DNA from: Chrysomallon squamiferum
Taxonomy: Eukaryota > Animalia > Mollusca
Direction of reading: 5' to 3'
Assembly (NCBI GenBank): GCA_012295275.1
Contig: CM022665.1
Location: forward strand, 12,586,001-12,650,000
DNA length: 64,000 nucleotides
The notes beneath the pieces were generated by a model. That model worked only from the letters and a program-made list of their open reading frames with translations. It searched no databases and was not told where the DNA came from. Position numbers and translations under genes: made by a program. Below, in pieces: positions 31,801-64,000 of this stretch; positions within the stretch are counted from its first letter, which is position 1; the number at the start of each line of letters is the position of its first letter.

Positions 31801-34800
31801 TAAAAAATAAATAAATAAATAAAGCAAAAACACATGGAATGAGCTATTCCTCACTGCTTCTCTGAAACATAATGGAACAAAGGATCAATTCTACTCAGTG
31901 GAATCACTAAAGTTATTTTGTATTGAAGAAATAATATCAATAAAATTTTTAAAACAAAAATAAATTGGTAATCCTTACCTATTTTAAGTTTTCTCATCTG
32001 CTGTGGTAGTTCACTGGAAACCAGCCTGTACTGGATGACTTGGTTCAGTTTTCGCAATGTTTCTGCCTTTTCTTGTGGAGTAATTGGATCAGGTGGAACG
32101 ATCTTTTCCTGTGAAAAAACATAATACCATTATTTATATTTTTAATGATGCAGAAAGTGTAAAAAAAAAAATATATATATATATATATAATAATAATAAA
32201 AATTACAAATATAAATATAAATAAATAAAAAGAAAAGAAAATAAGCTAATATTTTAAGTTTATTATAATCATTAATACTCTTTGTATGCAAATTAAACAG
32301 AAATATTAATAACTTTATAAGGTGTTTCTTTTTTCTTTAAATCAAAAACATCTCAAGTAAATGCTAAATATATTCAAAATTTTAAAACAAACAAAATAGT
32401 TACTATAAAAAGAAACAATAAAACTAACCCGAATGCATGTTGGCAGCCGAGGGTATGTACCAGTTGTGAGGACATCCACAGCAACAGGCAATGAAAAGCA
32501 AGGCAGTCTAAAAGAAAACAGGCCAGATTAAACATTTTAAGTTCAGTGAAACCAGCACTGTTGTTTTTGTTACTTTTGTTCCACTGCATTTTATCTGCTT
32601 TTATATGGTTACTTATTTTATTTATCCTTCTGTAGTTTTACAAGCAAAAATCCACGAAAATGGTTGACTTATAATAAATATAAAATAATTAATTTGACAA
32701 ACCTAGCTGTGACTAGAGTTTCCCTGGCAACTTTAGCTAAATGATCAGCTGTGTCAATAAAAAACATAGACTGCTGCTCCAGGAAATTACAAATGTCCTG
32801 AAAATTATTATTTTTTTAGAAATTAAAACAATTAAAAAACAAAAAAGAGAAGAAAATTGAAAAAGTAATTCTATAAATGAAATTTTTAAGACATGAAGTA
32901 ACCATTTTTTTACATCTCTTACTGTCACTATAAAACTGATAGAAAGAAGCAGATTTTATTACTCCACACTGATATTTAGTAATGACATTTACAAACAAAA
33001 CACAGTTACCAGTTAATGATATTAAAGAATCAACAACAGATTTATAAATATCTTAAAAATGAGCAAGTTACAGAAATCCTTTCTTTTACACGAAAAATTA
33101 ATCAAACTGGTTTTTTTTTAATTCAACTACCTTGTTATTTAAGAGGTAGACTATTTTTTCATTTGTTTATTTCATTATTAATTTTATTCTTTTTGGCCAT
33201 ATTTTTATTTGTAGTCTGTCAAAAATACATTGAAACATTAACAAAAATACTTACTGTACACTTATCAACTTTGCTGGCACTTGTGGCCCATTTAACCAAA
33301 GCCAAAAGTCGGATAAAAAGCTGCCTGGTGCGACTAGCAAATTGAAAAATCTCAATTTTCCTAAAATCACAATGAAAAGACAGTAAAGAGTGATGGCATA
33401 CATAAATCCATGTATATGTGCATCCCAATGTAAACATACAGACAGGTACATTAAATAAAATGTTAACACAATAAGTTACTGGCAACCATTTTGGTGATTC
33501 TATATTTATCTGGATATAAGCTCTGGGAATCAAGACAATTCATCATGGCTGTGTGTGTGTGGATACTTCAGTATTGTTGAAGAAAGTTATCAAAAGCTTA
33601 TTAAAAAAATGTCAACTTAATTAATTAAATATGATGAAAACAGGGGTTGTCTTATCCAAGGAAATTATTTTACAAAAACACATACGAAATATTAATTCTT
33701 CCATATCATGTTAAACAAATCAAACACATAAAAATGTATATACCATTGTCCACTCCAGTCCTCTACTGAACAATACCAACCTGGCTTATACAGATACATT
33801 TTTAATTATTAGCTGTTTTTTATTACAGGCCACCTTTTACCAGCAGCCACATACAACCAACAGGGTCAAAAGGTGCTTCAGGAAAAATTTACCCAGCCTA
33901 CTGGCATTTGAAATGGGCAGTTAAAAAAAAAAAATTAAATCATAAGACAATGACAATATTTACAGCAAAGAATTTTTTCTTGGCAAAAACAGACTGAAGC
34001 TGTTAGTGATGGTTAAAACATTGCCTAAGCACCTACATTTCTATATGGCAGTGTCAAGTATGCCATGAGATATTGTGTATGTATGATTCATTATAATACA
34101 TATGATAGTAGTCAAGGATTTTGTATATTAATAGAACTATCTAAGTTAGTTCACATTGTGTACACACTTGATGACTGATCTGACATTTCTAAATATCAGT
34201 GCTGTGGCATAACTATTATCACCTCACTCACTGATGAAAATCACTGATCAGCTAACGTTTTTGAAGCAACAACTGCAAATACTGTTAGTGTTGATAATAA
34301 TAAATGAAAAAAACATCCATTGGTATCATTGAATGATACAAGACATAGTACAGAAATCTAATAAATTGGTAGTATTTTAAAATCAGACATCAGTGAAAAA
34401 ACGTCATCAGTTCAATAATGCTTTCCCCAGTAGGCATCTGCCTTATTTGGAATATATGCCTTATACTGACTAGTGTACATACAAAATTATTTATGAAACA
34501 ATCTATATATGAAAATTAATTCATGAAAAGTATTTATATCTTGTGTTTAGGATTTTTCTTAAGACTACTGATGACAAGCAAAACATGAGTATGGATAAAA
34601 TATGTGAGACTATAACAACAGGTTATAATAACTATCACCAACCTTTCCATATCTGTTTTCCTTGGAAGCCTGAAAAGGAAAAGTTAATAAAGTTAATATA
34701 TGCAAAGTTAAAAAAAAAAAGAACAATAAAAAATTATATCAGCTGGGTATAAATGTGTGTGTGTTTAAATAAAACAAAGGTGATGTTTAATTTCTTATTT

Positions 34801-35211
34801 TTAATTTGTTAAAAATGAAAACTATCTGAATGATTTAATAAATAAATACTATGACTTTACATTAAAAAACTGAAAGTAACTATCAGCTGTTCTAACAGTC
34901 ATAAGAAGACTATAATTAAGAGAAAAACAAAACAAAACATGCAGACATTTAAGGAATTCCAGTGCTCCTACAATTAAATGTTTTCATAGCTTATAATAAA
35001 TTTATATTAAAAAGCATTTTTAAAGTTTATTTTAGGGAGTGTATGATTGTTATTATTTTTTAAATATTAATTTGACCACTCACAGTTCTGAGAGGACTGT
35101 AAGTTCATGATGTGTTCTTTGAAGAATGTAATCTATGATTGTTGACAGTGAGATTGTCACTCCACCAATATTTGTGGAGGAAGGAACTGCTAAATTTTCT
35201 GTTGGAGGCAT
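13559..35211 (-). CDS. MED14: Mediator of RNA polymerase II transcription subunit 14, complete CDS (40 coding exons, 4272 nt, 1423 aa)
   Basis: Exons (minus strand): 35084-35211, 34643-34669, 33255-33360, 32703-32797, 32429-32507, 31979-32108, 31642-31682, 30990-31077, 30694-30722, 30400-30478, 29982-30025, 29548-29636, 29273-29310, 28730-28842, 28280-28348, 28066-28105, 27649-27774, 27065-27143, 26529-26688, 25886-26081, 25567-25613, 25257-25385, 24103-24179, 23821-23929, 23296-23344, 22590-22733, 21990-22081, 21420-21566, 20762-20836, 20292-20368, 19900-20017, 19221-19490, 18425-18602, 17008-17121, 16091-16296, 15493-15616, 15127-15188, 14640-14747, 14015-14137, 13559-13825. Recognisable MED14 motifs: [122 protein letters not shown]. 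The summed length is divisible by 3. Confidence 0.96.
16690..16930. repeat. Degenerate tandem repeat, about 105-bp period, about 2.5 copies
   Basis: ATAATAAA(A/G)GGCTGAA occurs near 16691, 16799 and 16898, and AACAAATTAT(G/A)GCTTAG occurs twice. Confidence 0.75.
20018..20291 (-). other. Second U12-type GT-AG intron in MED14
   Basis: 5' splice site GTATCCTTTT. Branch point CACCTTAAC (plus-strand 20028-20036) is followed by TCATTATCAG. Splicing restores VFRSI-YCIDVHF...IRDGAFSL. Confidence 0.93.
24459..25213. mobile_element. Non-autonomous DNA transposon (MITE-like) with long terminal inverted repeats, possibly Sola2-type
   Basis: The left end GGGTCATTCCATGTCAAATCACC... is the near reverse complement of the right end ...GGTGATTTGACACGGAATGACCC. 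Imperfect inverted arms run about 170-190 bp (24459-24627 vs about 25021-25213). TATA flanks both sides (24455-24458, 25214-25217). It is GC-richer than the host intron and has no transposase ORF. The superfamily is an inference from GGG/CCC termini plus a 4-bp AT-rich TSD. Confidence 0.88.
29311..29547 (-). other. GC-AG intron in MED14
   Basis: The exon ends TAC TGG AG|gcaagt. Only this donor keeps the next two exons ([21 protein letters not shown]) in frame; the GT 4 nt downstream breaks the frame. Confidence 0.85.
30026..30399 (-). other. U12-type (minor spliceosome) GT-AG intron in MED14
   Basis: 5' splice site GTATCCTTG. Branch point TTCCTTAAC (plus-strand 30036-30044) lies 10 nt before the exon, with no polypyrimidine tract. 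Splicing restores [17 protein letters not shown]. Confidence 0.93.
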
Positions 35212-35884
35212 TTTTGTTCTGTGGTCCAGATTTTTTGTTTGCTATTCTGAAAAAGAATTAAAATGGACACAAATAAGTCAAATAATTTCAGCCACCAAAA
35301 TACACAGAAAACAAGATAACTATTATTTAAGGTTTATCTACTCTGGATGCTGATATATTATATCATAAGAATACTTTTCTACAATTTTCTGGATTTTTAA
35401 GAAATATTTTCAAACTATGGATGCCAAACAGGACTAATATAGTTATTAGCTGATGATTATAACTATATTAGTCCTGTAACATTTACTTTCATCTCAAACA
35501 TAACCATTTTTGTGTATTAGGATAAATTTACCAACAGCATTCCTATTTTTTCTTCTTTTTCTTTTTTTCAGAAAATAAAAACATATAAAATACACAAAAT
35601 TAGTTTTATATTTTCAAAGAAATGGGTTTTTTTTTTATTAGTTTGAATATTATTACTATGTATCTGATTTTTTGACTTGGCCAAATATATTGTGATTTTG
35701 AACAAAAATAATGGCTTCAAAATTTAAATGGAACAAAACATCTATCTAAATAAGAACAAAAAAGTTATTCCACAGAGATTTATATAAAAAAAATATATAT
35801 TAAAAACCCCCACATATTCCTCAAACAAAAGTTTTGCTTCATTAAATGGTCTACTATGTTTTAACTTACATAATTTTTATGTTC

Positions 35885-36594
35885 TAAAATGTCAAGTCCT
35901 TGTAAAATGCTTCAGTATGAATATTATAATGATATATGAAACCATTTAACTATGCAATGCTGATGAAATCATGTATCAGTACTATCACCCCATACTATAT
36001 TATATATAAACATGTAATCCATTAGGAGCTATCTGTCCCAAAACAGCTGGACCATTTTATGGCATATGTCCATTTTTTTTTAATTTTTTTTTTAATTGTT
36101 ACTACTGGTGAAAGAACTGGTATATTAATTATAATTATTTACCTGTCAGTTATGTGTTTATTTGATTATTCATTATGAACAGAAAAAGTGGAGAAAATTG
36201 TAAGTTTTTATACCATTTGTTTTCTTTATATTTTTAATAATACAGTTTGCAATATATTATGTTATTAAATAAATACTACTCTAGGTAAAAATTAACAATC
36301 ATACATTTAAATCATTAAATGTTTAACTGATTAAAACGGTAGTAAATCATAAATCATTAAATAAATGTCAGTCAGTGAATTACTCCATTTAACAGTAATA
36401 AAATTATATATAGACTGGCGTCGTCGGACAATATCTATAATGCCATTATATGTAATATATACATGTATAAAATGTCAAGTCCTTGTAAAATGCTTCAGTA
36501 TGAATATTATATATATAATGATATATGAAACCATTTATGATTTAACTATGCAATGCCGATGAAATCATGTATCAGTACTATCACCCCATACTAT
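35885..36594. repeat. Dispersed direct repeat pair (35885-35997 and 36468-36594) in the MED14 5'-UTR intron
   Basis: TAAAATGTCAAGTCCTTGTAAAATGCTTCAGTATGAATATTATA...GATGAAATCATGTATCAGTACTATCACCCCATACTATA is present twice, nearly identical apart from two small indels. Confidence 0.93.
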
Positions 36595-36621
36595 AAAACC
36601 TTCAGCAAACAAAATACTTAC

Positions 36622-36790
36622 TTAACAAAGCAATACAAATATTTATACTGTAATATTTCATTACAGGCAGCATAAATTTCCCGAATGTCTGCAGGATATT
36701 GTGACTGCAATCAAAACATACAGCATAAAATAATAAAGCATTTCACCGCAAAGCAGCCATTTTTATTTTTAATTTACTGAACAAGCAAAT
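36622..36790 (-). promoter_or_regulatory. Candidate non-coding first exon / TSS region of MED14
   Basis: The MED14 ATG exon is preceded by an acceptor (ctttttcag, exon start 35246), so an upstream UTR exon is needed. A consensus donor GTAAGTA lies at 36615-36621 (minus) and a YY1-like AAAAATGGCTGC at 36753-36764 (minus). The 5' boundary is a guess. Confidence 0.45.
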
Positions 36791-37638
36791 AGTTGCGCTT
36801 TGTGTTTATATTCTAACTCACTTATTTTGAAGTACAGTTATAACCAGTCTAGGACATTTTATCTTTTACGTATAATCACTTCGTTGTTGTTGTTTTTTTA
36901 AAGTGAAGTTTTATTTACTGGCCACATAAATGAATAAATAATGGAAATAATGACGGTTTAACACTTATTACATTTTTAAATTAATAGTAATTAGGGTATT
37001 TATCATATAAATATCTGCAATGACCATAGTAACTCCTCCAGACTTCCTTTATAAATGAAATGTAACACAGTAATTATAAAATTAGTTTTATTAAAAATAA
37101 TTTACTCCGTGTGTGTGTGTGCCAGAAAATAGAAAGAAAGGGTGGCCTGGATGCCCTTTCTATTTCAGGGCAGTGTTTCCCCCATTTTGAATTCCTATAT
37201 AAATTGGTAGCACACTGAGAAAAATTAGGCCTATTCTTTGGTACGGCTATTATTTAGTCTGCATACAATAATTAAAATCGTATACACCGGTATAAAAGGG
37301 AGGGGGAGAGAGAAATAAAGGCAACACAGTCATTTATATTACTATGGCCTGTATTACAAACTGAAAACAGCAGTTAAAGTTATTCTTACAGTCAACAAAA
37401 CTGAGAAAAAAAACAGTCGTCTTCTTTGGAACCTAACTTTTTTTCCCCACCCCTCGGCGAAATGCGCTTTATTATTCATTTTTTTGTTTTCTGTTGTTTA
37501 CTTTTGCTGTTAAAAAAAAAAATTTTTTTTTTTATTTATGATGTAATTTAATTTGTATTATGAGGGGCCTCCTGAACCTGAAGTACGTCAGCCCCACCAA
37601 GGTTTAAATCCTGCCATGTTTCAGGATTATGTTCCGTC

Positions 37639-37796
37639 TTATTTATAAATTATGGTACTCCAGATAGGCAGGGTAGCACATCCCATTCAATTTTATTTAT
37701 AAATTATGGTACTCCAGATAGGCAGGGTAGCACATCCCATTCAATTTTATTTATAAATTATGGCACTCCAGATATTCAGGGTAGAATATCCCATTG
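37639..37796. repeat. 3 x 54-bp minisatellite in the MED14-dynein intergenic region
   Basis: The unit TTATTTATAAATTATGGTACTCCAGATAGGCAGGGTAGCACATCCCATTCAATT starts at 37639, 37693 and 37747; the third copy is diverged. Confidence 0.95.
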
Positions 37797-38329
37797 TATT
37801 TGATAATCAGGGTGTTGGATACTAATCACAACCAAACGAATGGTCTAAAACAGATTAAGCAAATATAAGAACGGCCGTACATTTTAATGGATACATAATA
37901 CGTGTATCACTGTACGTATGTATGTTTCTAAATGTGCAATATCTCAGTTTGACTTGTCTTCAACCTTATTAGTTTATATTATAATTTATATAAAAAATAT
38001 CTCTTTATCTCAATATCTGATTAAAAATAATTTATTAATATTAAACATAAATAAATATATACAGTCTGCTATCACACATGGTTAACTGAAATGCATATAA
38101 ACACAATCCAGAATCCTGAATCCAGTATTATGAGTATATTATATTAAGTATACAAGTATGATGACTATCACTATTAATGTTTTAGTAGGTATAATGATGT
38201 GCCAGTAATCAGTCAGCAATAACGACTGACCTATCGTTCGGTCATTATTAACATTTAATGGTCGGTACTGTGTATTTGTAAAGAAAACAAAAGCCTATTA
38301 TATTGCGCACTTTGAACAAATGCGGGATT

Positions 38330-38460
38330 AAAACCGTAGGCAAGTCACGGCAGGTGCTTGCATCCGGGCTTTTGGTTGCCAACAACATTCAAAATGGCGA
38401 TCCGAGTGATCAACGTTGTAAATGGGCCGGCGTTAACGCAGAAAGTGTGAAATTGAAGAG
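38330..38460 (+). promoter_or_regulatory. Putative dynein core promoter: CpG-richer segment, X-box-like GTTGCCAACAAC (38375-38386) and YY1-like AAAATGGCG (38391-38399)
   Basis: Local GC/CpG enrichment about 150 bp upstream of the ATG. The X-box matches the RFX consensus GTNRCC(N0-3)RGYAAC with one mismatch, as expected for a motile-cilium gene. Confidence 0.55.
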
Positions 38461-38532
38461 GGGATACAAGTAATAGAATATCATTAAATTGCATTTATTT
38501 CCTCAAGCTTAGTGCATGAAACATTGTTCAAA

Positions 38533-61341
<22,809 letters not shown>

Positions 61342-61829
61342 GTAAGTGAACAGAATTATTATTCTTTATTTGAGGATAAATATTTAATCAGTATATGTTT
61401 GGAGTGGTAGACAGTAATATTAGAAGAGTGTTGTTTTATGACTGATCTATTTAAAGGCATCTATATAATATATTAATTTTTATCAGCAGGTTTTGTGGAT
61501 GTACAATAACATTAAATAAACAGTGTTTTTTCTTTTTTTTACTTTACGAATGATCTTATTTAAAGGCCTGTATCTAAATATATTCTCATTGGTGATGGTT
61601 TAATGATATAGGATTTTGTATAAAACTATTTTATGAAGTGTTTGTTTAGTAAATATTAAATTAGAATATATCTTGTACATGTTTGGGAAATATTACCATT
61701 ATATTATAGATACTACAATTCTGATTTATAATGGGTTTTTATCAGAATGAGAAAATCTTTTCAAGTTCTGTTCTTTTACAAGTCTGATAAAGCCATAAAT
61801 TTGTAATTACTATTTAATATTTCAAAATT

Positions 61830-62740
61830 GACCTTTATTTTTACCTACATGAATAAAAGTCAAAAGTGACATCTTTTATGATTGGTATGATGGTATAATC
61901 TGAAGCAGTGATGATTACAAAAATGATTCCTATGGCAGCCAATAACTGTTAAAAATTATTGCGTGATTAAAGCAATTTGATTTGATCCTGATTGTGATGA
62001 AATTTAAGTAAAGACAAAATATAAAAATTGTTTTGAAGTAAAGTACTGGGTAATACTAAAGTGATTCGCATAGCCATTTAATACATTTTCATTAAAAAAA
62101 GAACAAATTAAATTGTCTTTATTTGTAAAATAAAAAAAATTAAAAAAATTAAATCAACTGAATTAAATTGATGCTGTTTGATAAAACTACAGTGTAGAGA
62201 ATAATCAGAAATTATGTTATTAATTGCAAACCCAGAGTTCCCAAAACTGATAAAACTGGTAATCAAAGTGAATTGAGTTGATGCTGATTAGTAAGTATCA
62301 TTAATAAAGTAATAAGAAATTATATTGATAATGTGAGACTTGGAGTATTATCTAAATTTATCTATGTTAATCAATTAATGCTTATTGTAACAAAACTAAA
62401 GTTGAGAAAAAAATGAGAGGCAATAATGCTAATCCTTAGGTATTACTAAAATTGATGATTAAGTGAACTTAGCTGATTCTGACTGTGACCAGATTAATAC
62501 TGGTAATGTGAAACTTTGATTATTACAAAACTGAACTTAAGAAAATAATGACAGTTATGATTATGAAACTTTGAGTATTAACAAGCTACAGTAATCGAGA
62601 GAAATAATTCAGAAAATTATAACATGATCATATTAATGTGGAGCTTTGAGTCTTATCAAAATTTTATCAAACCATGGTAATCACTTGATGCTGATTATGA
62701 CAAAACTAATTTAAGGGAAAATCTGAGAATAATGAGAGAC
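61830..62740. repeat. Old degenerate tandem array
   Basis: Recurrent TTGATGCTGATT / ACAAAACT / CTGGTAAT / GAAACTTTGAGTATTA modules over about 900 bp. Confidence 0.65.
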
Positions 62741-62793
62741 ACATCACAGGTAGAGGTAGTCAGAGTTTTAAGCATAGTGGAGCTGTAAGGAGA
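62716..62793 (+). other. Candidate next dynein exon, 78 nt (GKSENNERHITGRGSQSFKHSGAVRR)
   Basis: ttaag|GGA...AGG AGA|gtaagt: strong donor, weak acceptor, phase 0-0, purine-rich. It continues the Ser/Arg-rich insertion started in exon 61158-61341. Confidence 0.45.
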
Positions 62794-64000
62794 GTAAGTT
62801 GGAATGTCTTTAATTTTGTTGTGTGTGCAGCTTCACTCAACTTTCACCTGAATATATTTACTGCTTAATAATGTTACTTGCTGTGGACAACCAAAAAAAA
62901 AAGTAAATGCACTCACATTCCAGCAAGTTTCAGTCTTTTAAAGTCTTACCATGTTTCTTAAAAAAAAAAAAAAATATATATATATAAAGCATGGATTTAG
63001 AAATTTCATTATATTCAGCTCTGTTTCACATATATGCTGTCATTTTGTCCTTCAAAAATGTATTCAAATTCAAGCCAGTTTTAGTTTCTTCTAAATATTA
63101 TCCTTTTTTGCTTAAAATAAATAAGCAATTTTGAATTTAAAATATTTATCAGTTTAAGATGTGCAGCAGATATTGGTTTATTTTATATATAATAGAAATC
63201 ATTTTTTACATTTAATAGTTTAAAAATATATGTATCAAAAGTGTAAAAAAAAATAATTAACTACTGAAATTTTTAAATCAAAAAGTAATAAGCTAGTGTT
63301 AATTGTGTTATATATATTTAATAATCTTAAAGTAACTTTTAATGTTGTTATTTTGTGCTAATAAAGCTGATTTAACTCATCAGTTTGCAGATAAAAATAT
63401 AATAAGTTGTTTTTGTTTCATTTTTAATTCTAAAAATACGTTTGAGTTAATTCTAACGGTAGCAGAAATCTGAATAACTGAAACACAATCGCTTTTAAAT
63501 ATATATAAACATAATGAAGGTAAATAATATGTCGATCATTCATATACATCATTTAAATTTATTTCAAAATTATCTTTCATATAGGATTTTTAAAGAAACT
63601 GATTTTTTTTTAGTACTTTTATCAGCTGGTTTGTCAAGTCTAGTAATATAAAACAATTCTTCAGAATAAATAAATATATAAATCATATATAATTTTTTAT
63701 ATATATATATTATAGTATGTCAAAAGACACTGCACTATAGTGCACGTTTATCTGCTTGTTATAGCATTTTGTGTATATATATACCACCCATATATTATTT
63801 TGCATCATAAACAGATGGTAATTCACATGTTTCTTTAATTTTTAATTTTACTATCACTATTATTATTTTTTTTCTTCTTCATTTTCAATTTCATATTGAA
63901 AATTTATTTATTTATTTATTTATTTATTTATTATTATCATCATTGCCATCATTATCACAATCATACATGTTCAAATAAAAATGTATACTTAAATGATTGT

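Noticed and set aside
37120-37215. Imperfect hairpin GCCAGAAAATAGAAAG...CTTTCTATTTCAGGGC as a possible ncRNA or miRNA
   Set aside because: Short, imperfect stem with no recognisable RNA family; more likely a decayed repeat fragment.
37639-37796. Regularly spaced repeats as a possible CRISPR array
   Set aside because: The units are contiguous with no unique spacers, there are no cas genes, and the context is eukaryotic. It is a minisatellite.
38512-38532. GTG start given by the ORF track for the dynein
   Set aside because: This is a eukaryotic gene; the first in-frame ATG in good context (AAAATGG) is at 38533.

Overview
AT-rich, microsatellite-rich, intron-dense eukaryotic (animal) DNA. An invertebrate, possibly a mollusc, is my inference from sequence style only. 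I reconstructed three protein-coding genes by hand, exon by exon, with frame-consistent splice phases. (1) The 3' part of a phenylalanine 4-hydroxylase gene (+; 10 exons, 3860-9119; the regulatory ACT-domain exons are not in the window). (2) A complete MED14 Mediator subunit gene (-; 40 coding exons, 35211-13559, 1423 aa). It contains two U12-type minor-spliceosome introns, one GC-AG intron and a 755-bp long-TIR non-autonomous DNA transposon. (3) The 5' part of a divergent DNAH5/DNAH8-type (outer-arm gamma-like) axonemal dynein heavy chain (+; 31 exons, 38533-61341, about 1955 aa, tail and linker only), arranged head-to-head with MED14. The most unusual signals are frame-preserving candidate microexons in the longest dynein intron surrounded by a dense cluster of TGCATG (Rbfox) motifs, several low-complexity insertions in the dynein including one inside the linker, and repeated tandem duplications of splice sites. 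I found no prokaryotic system, CRISPR array, rRNA or tRNA.
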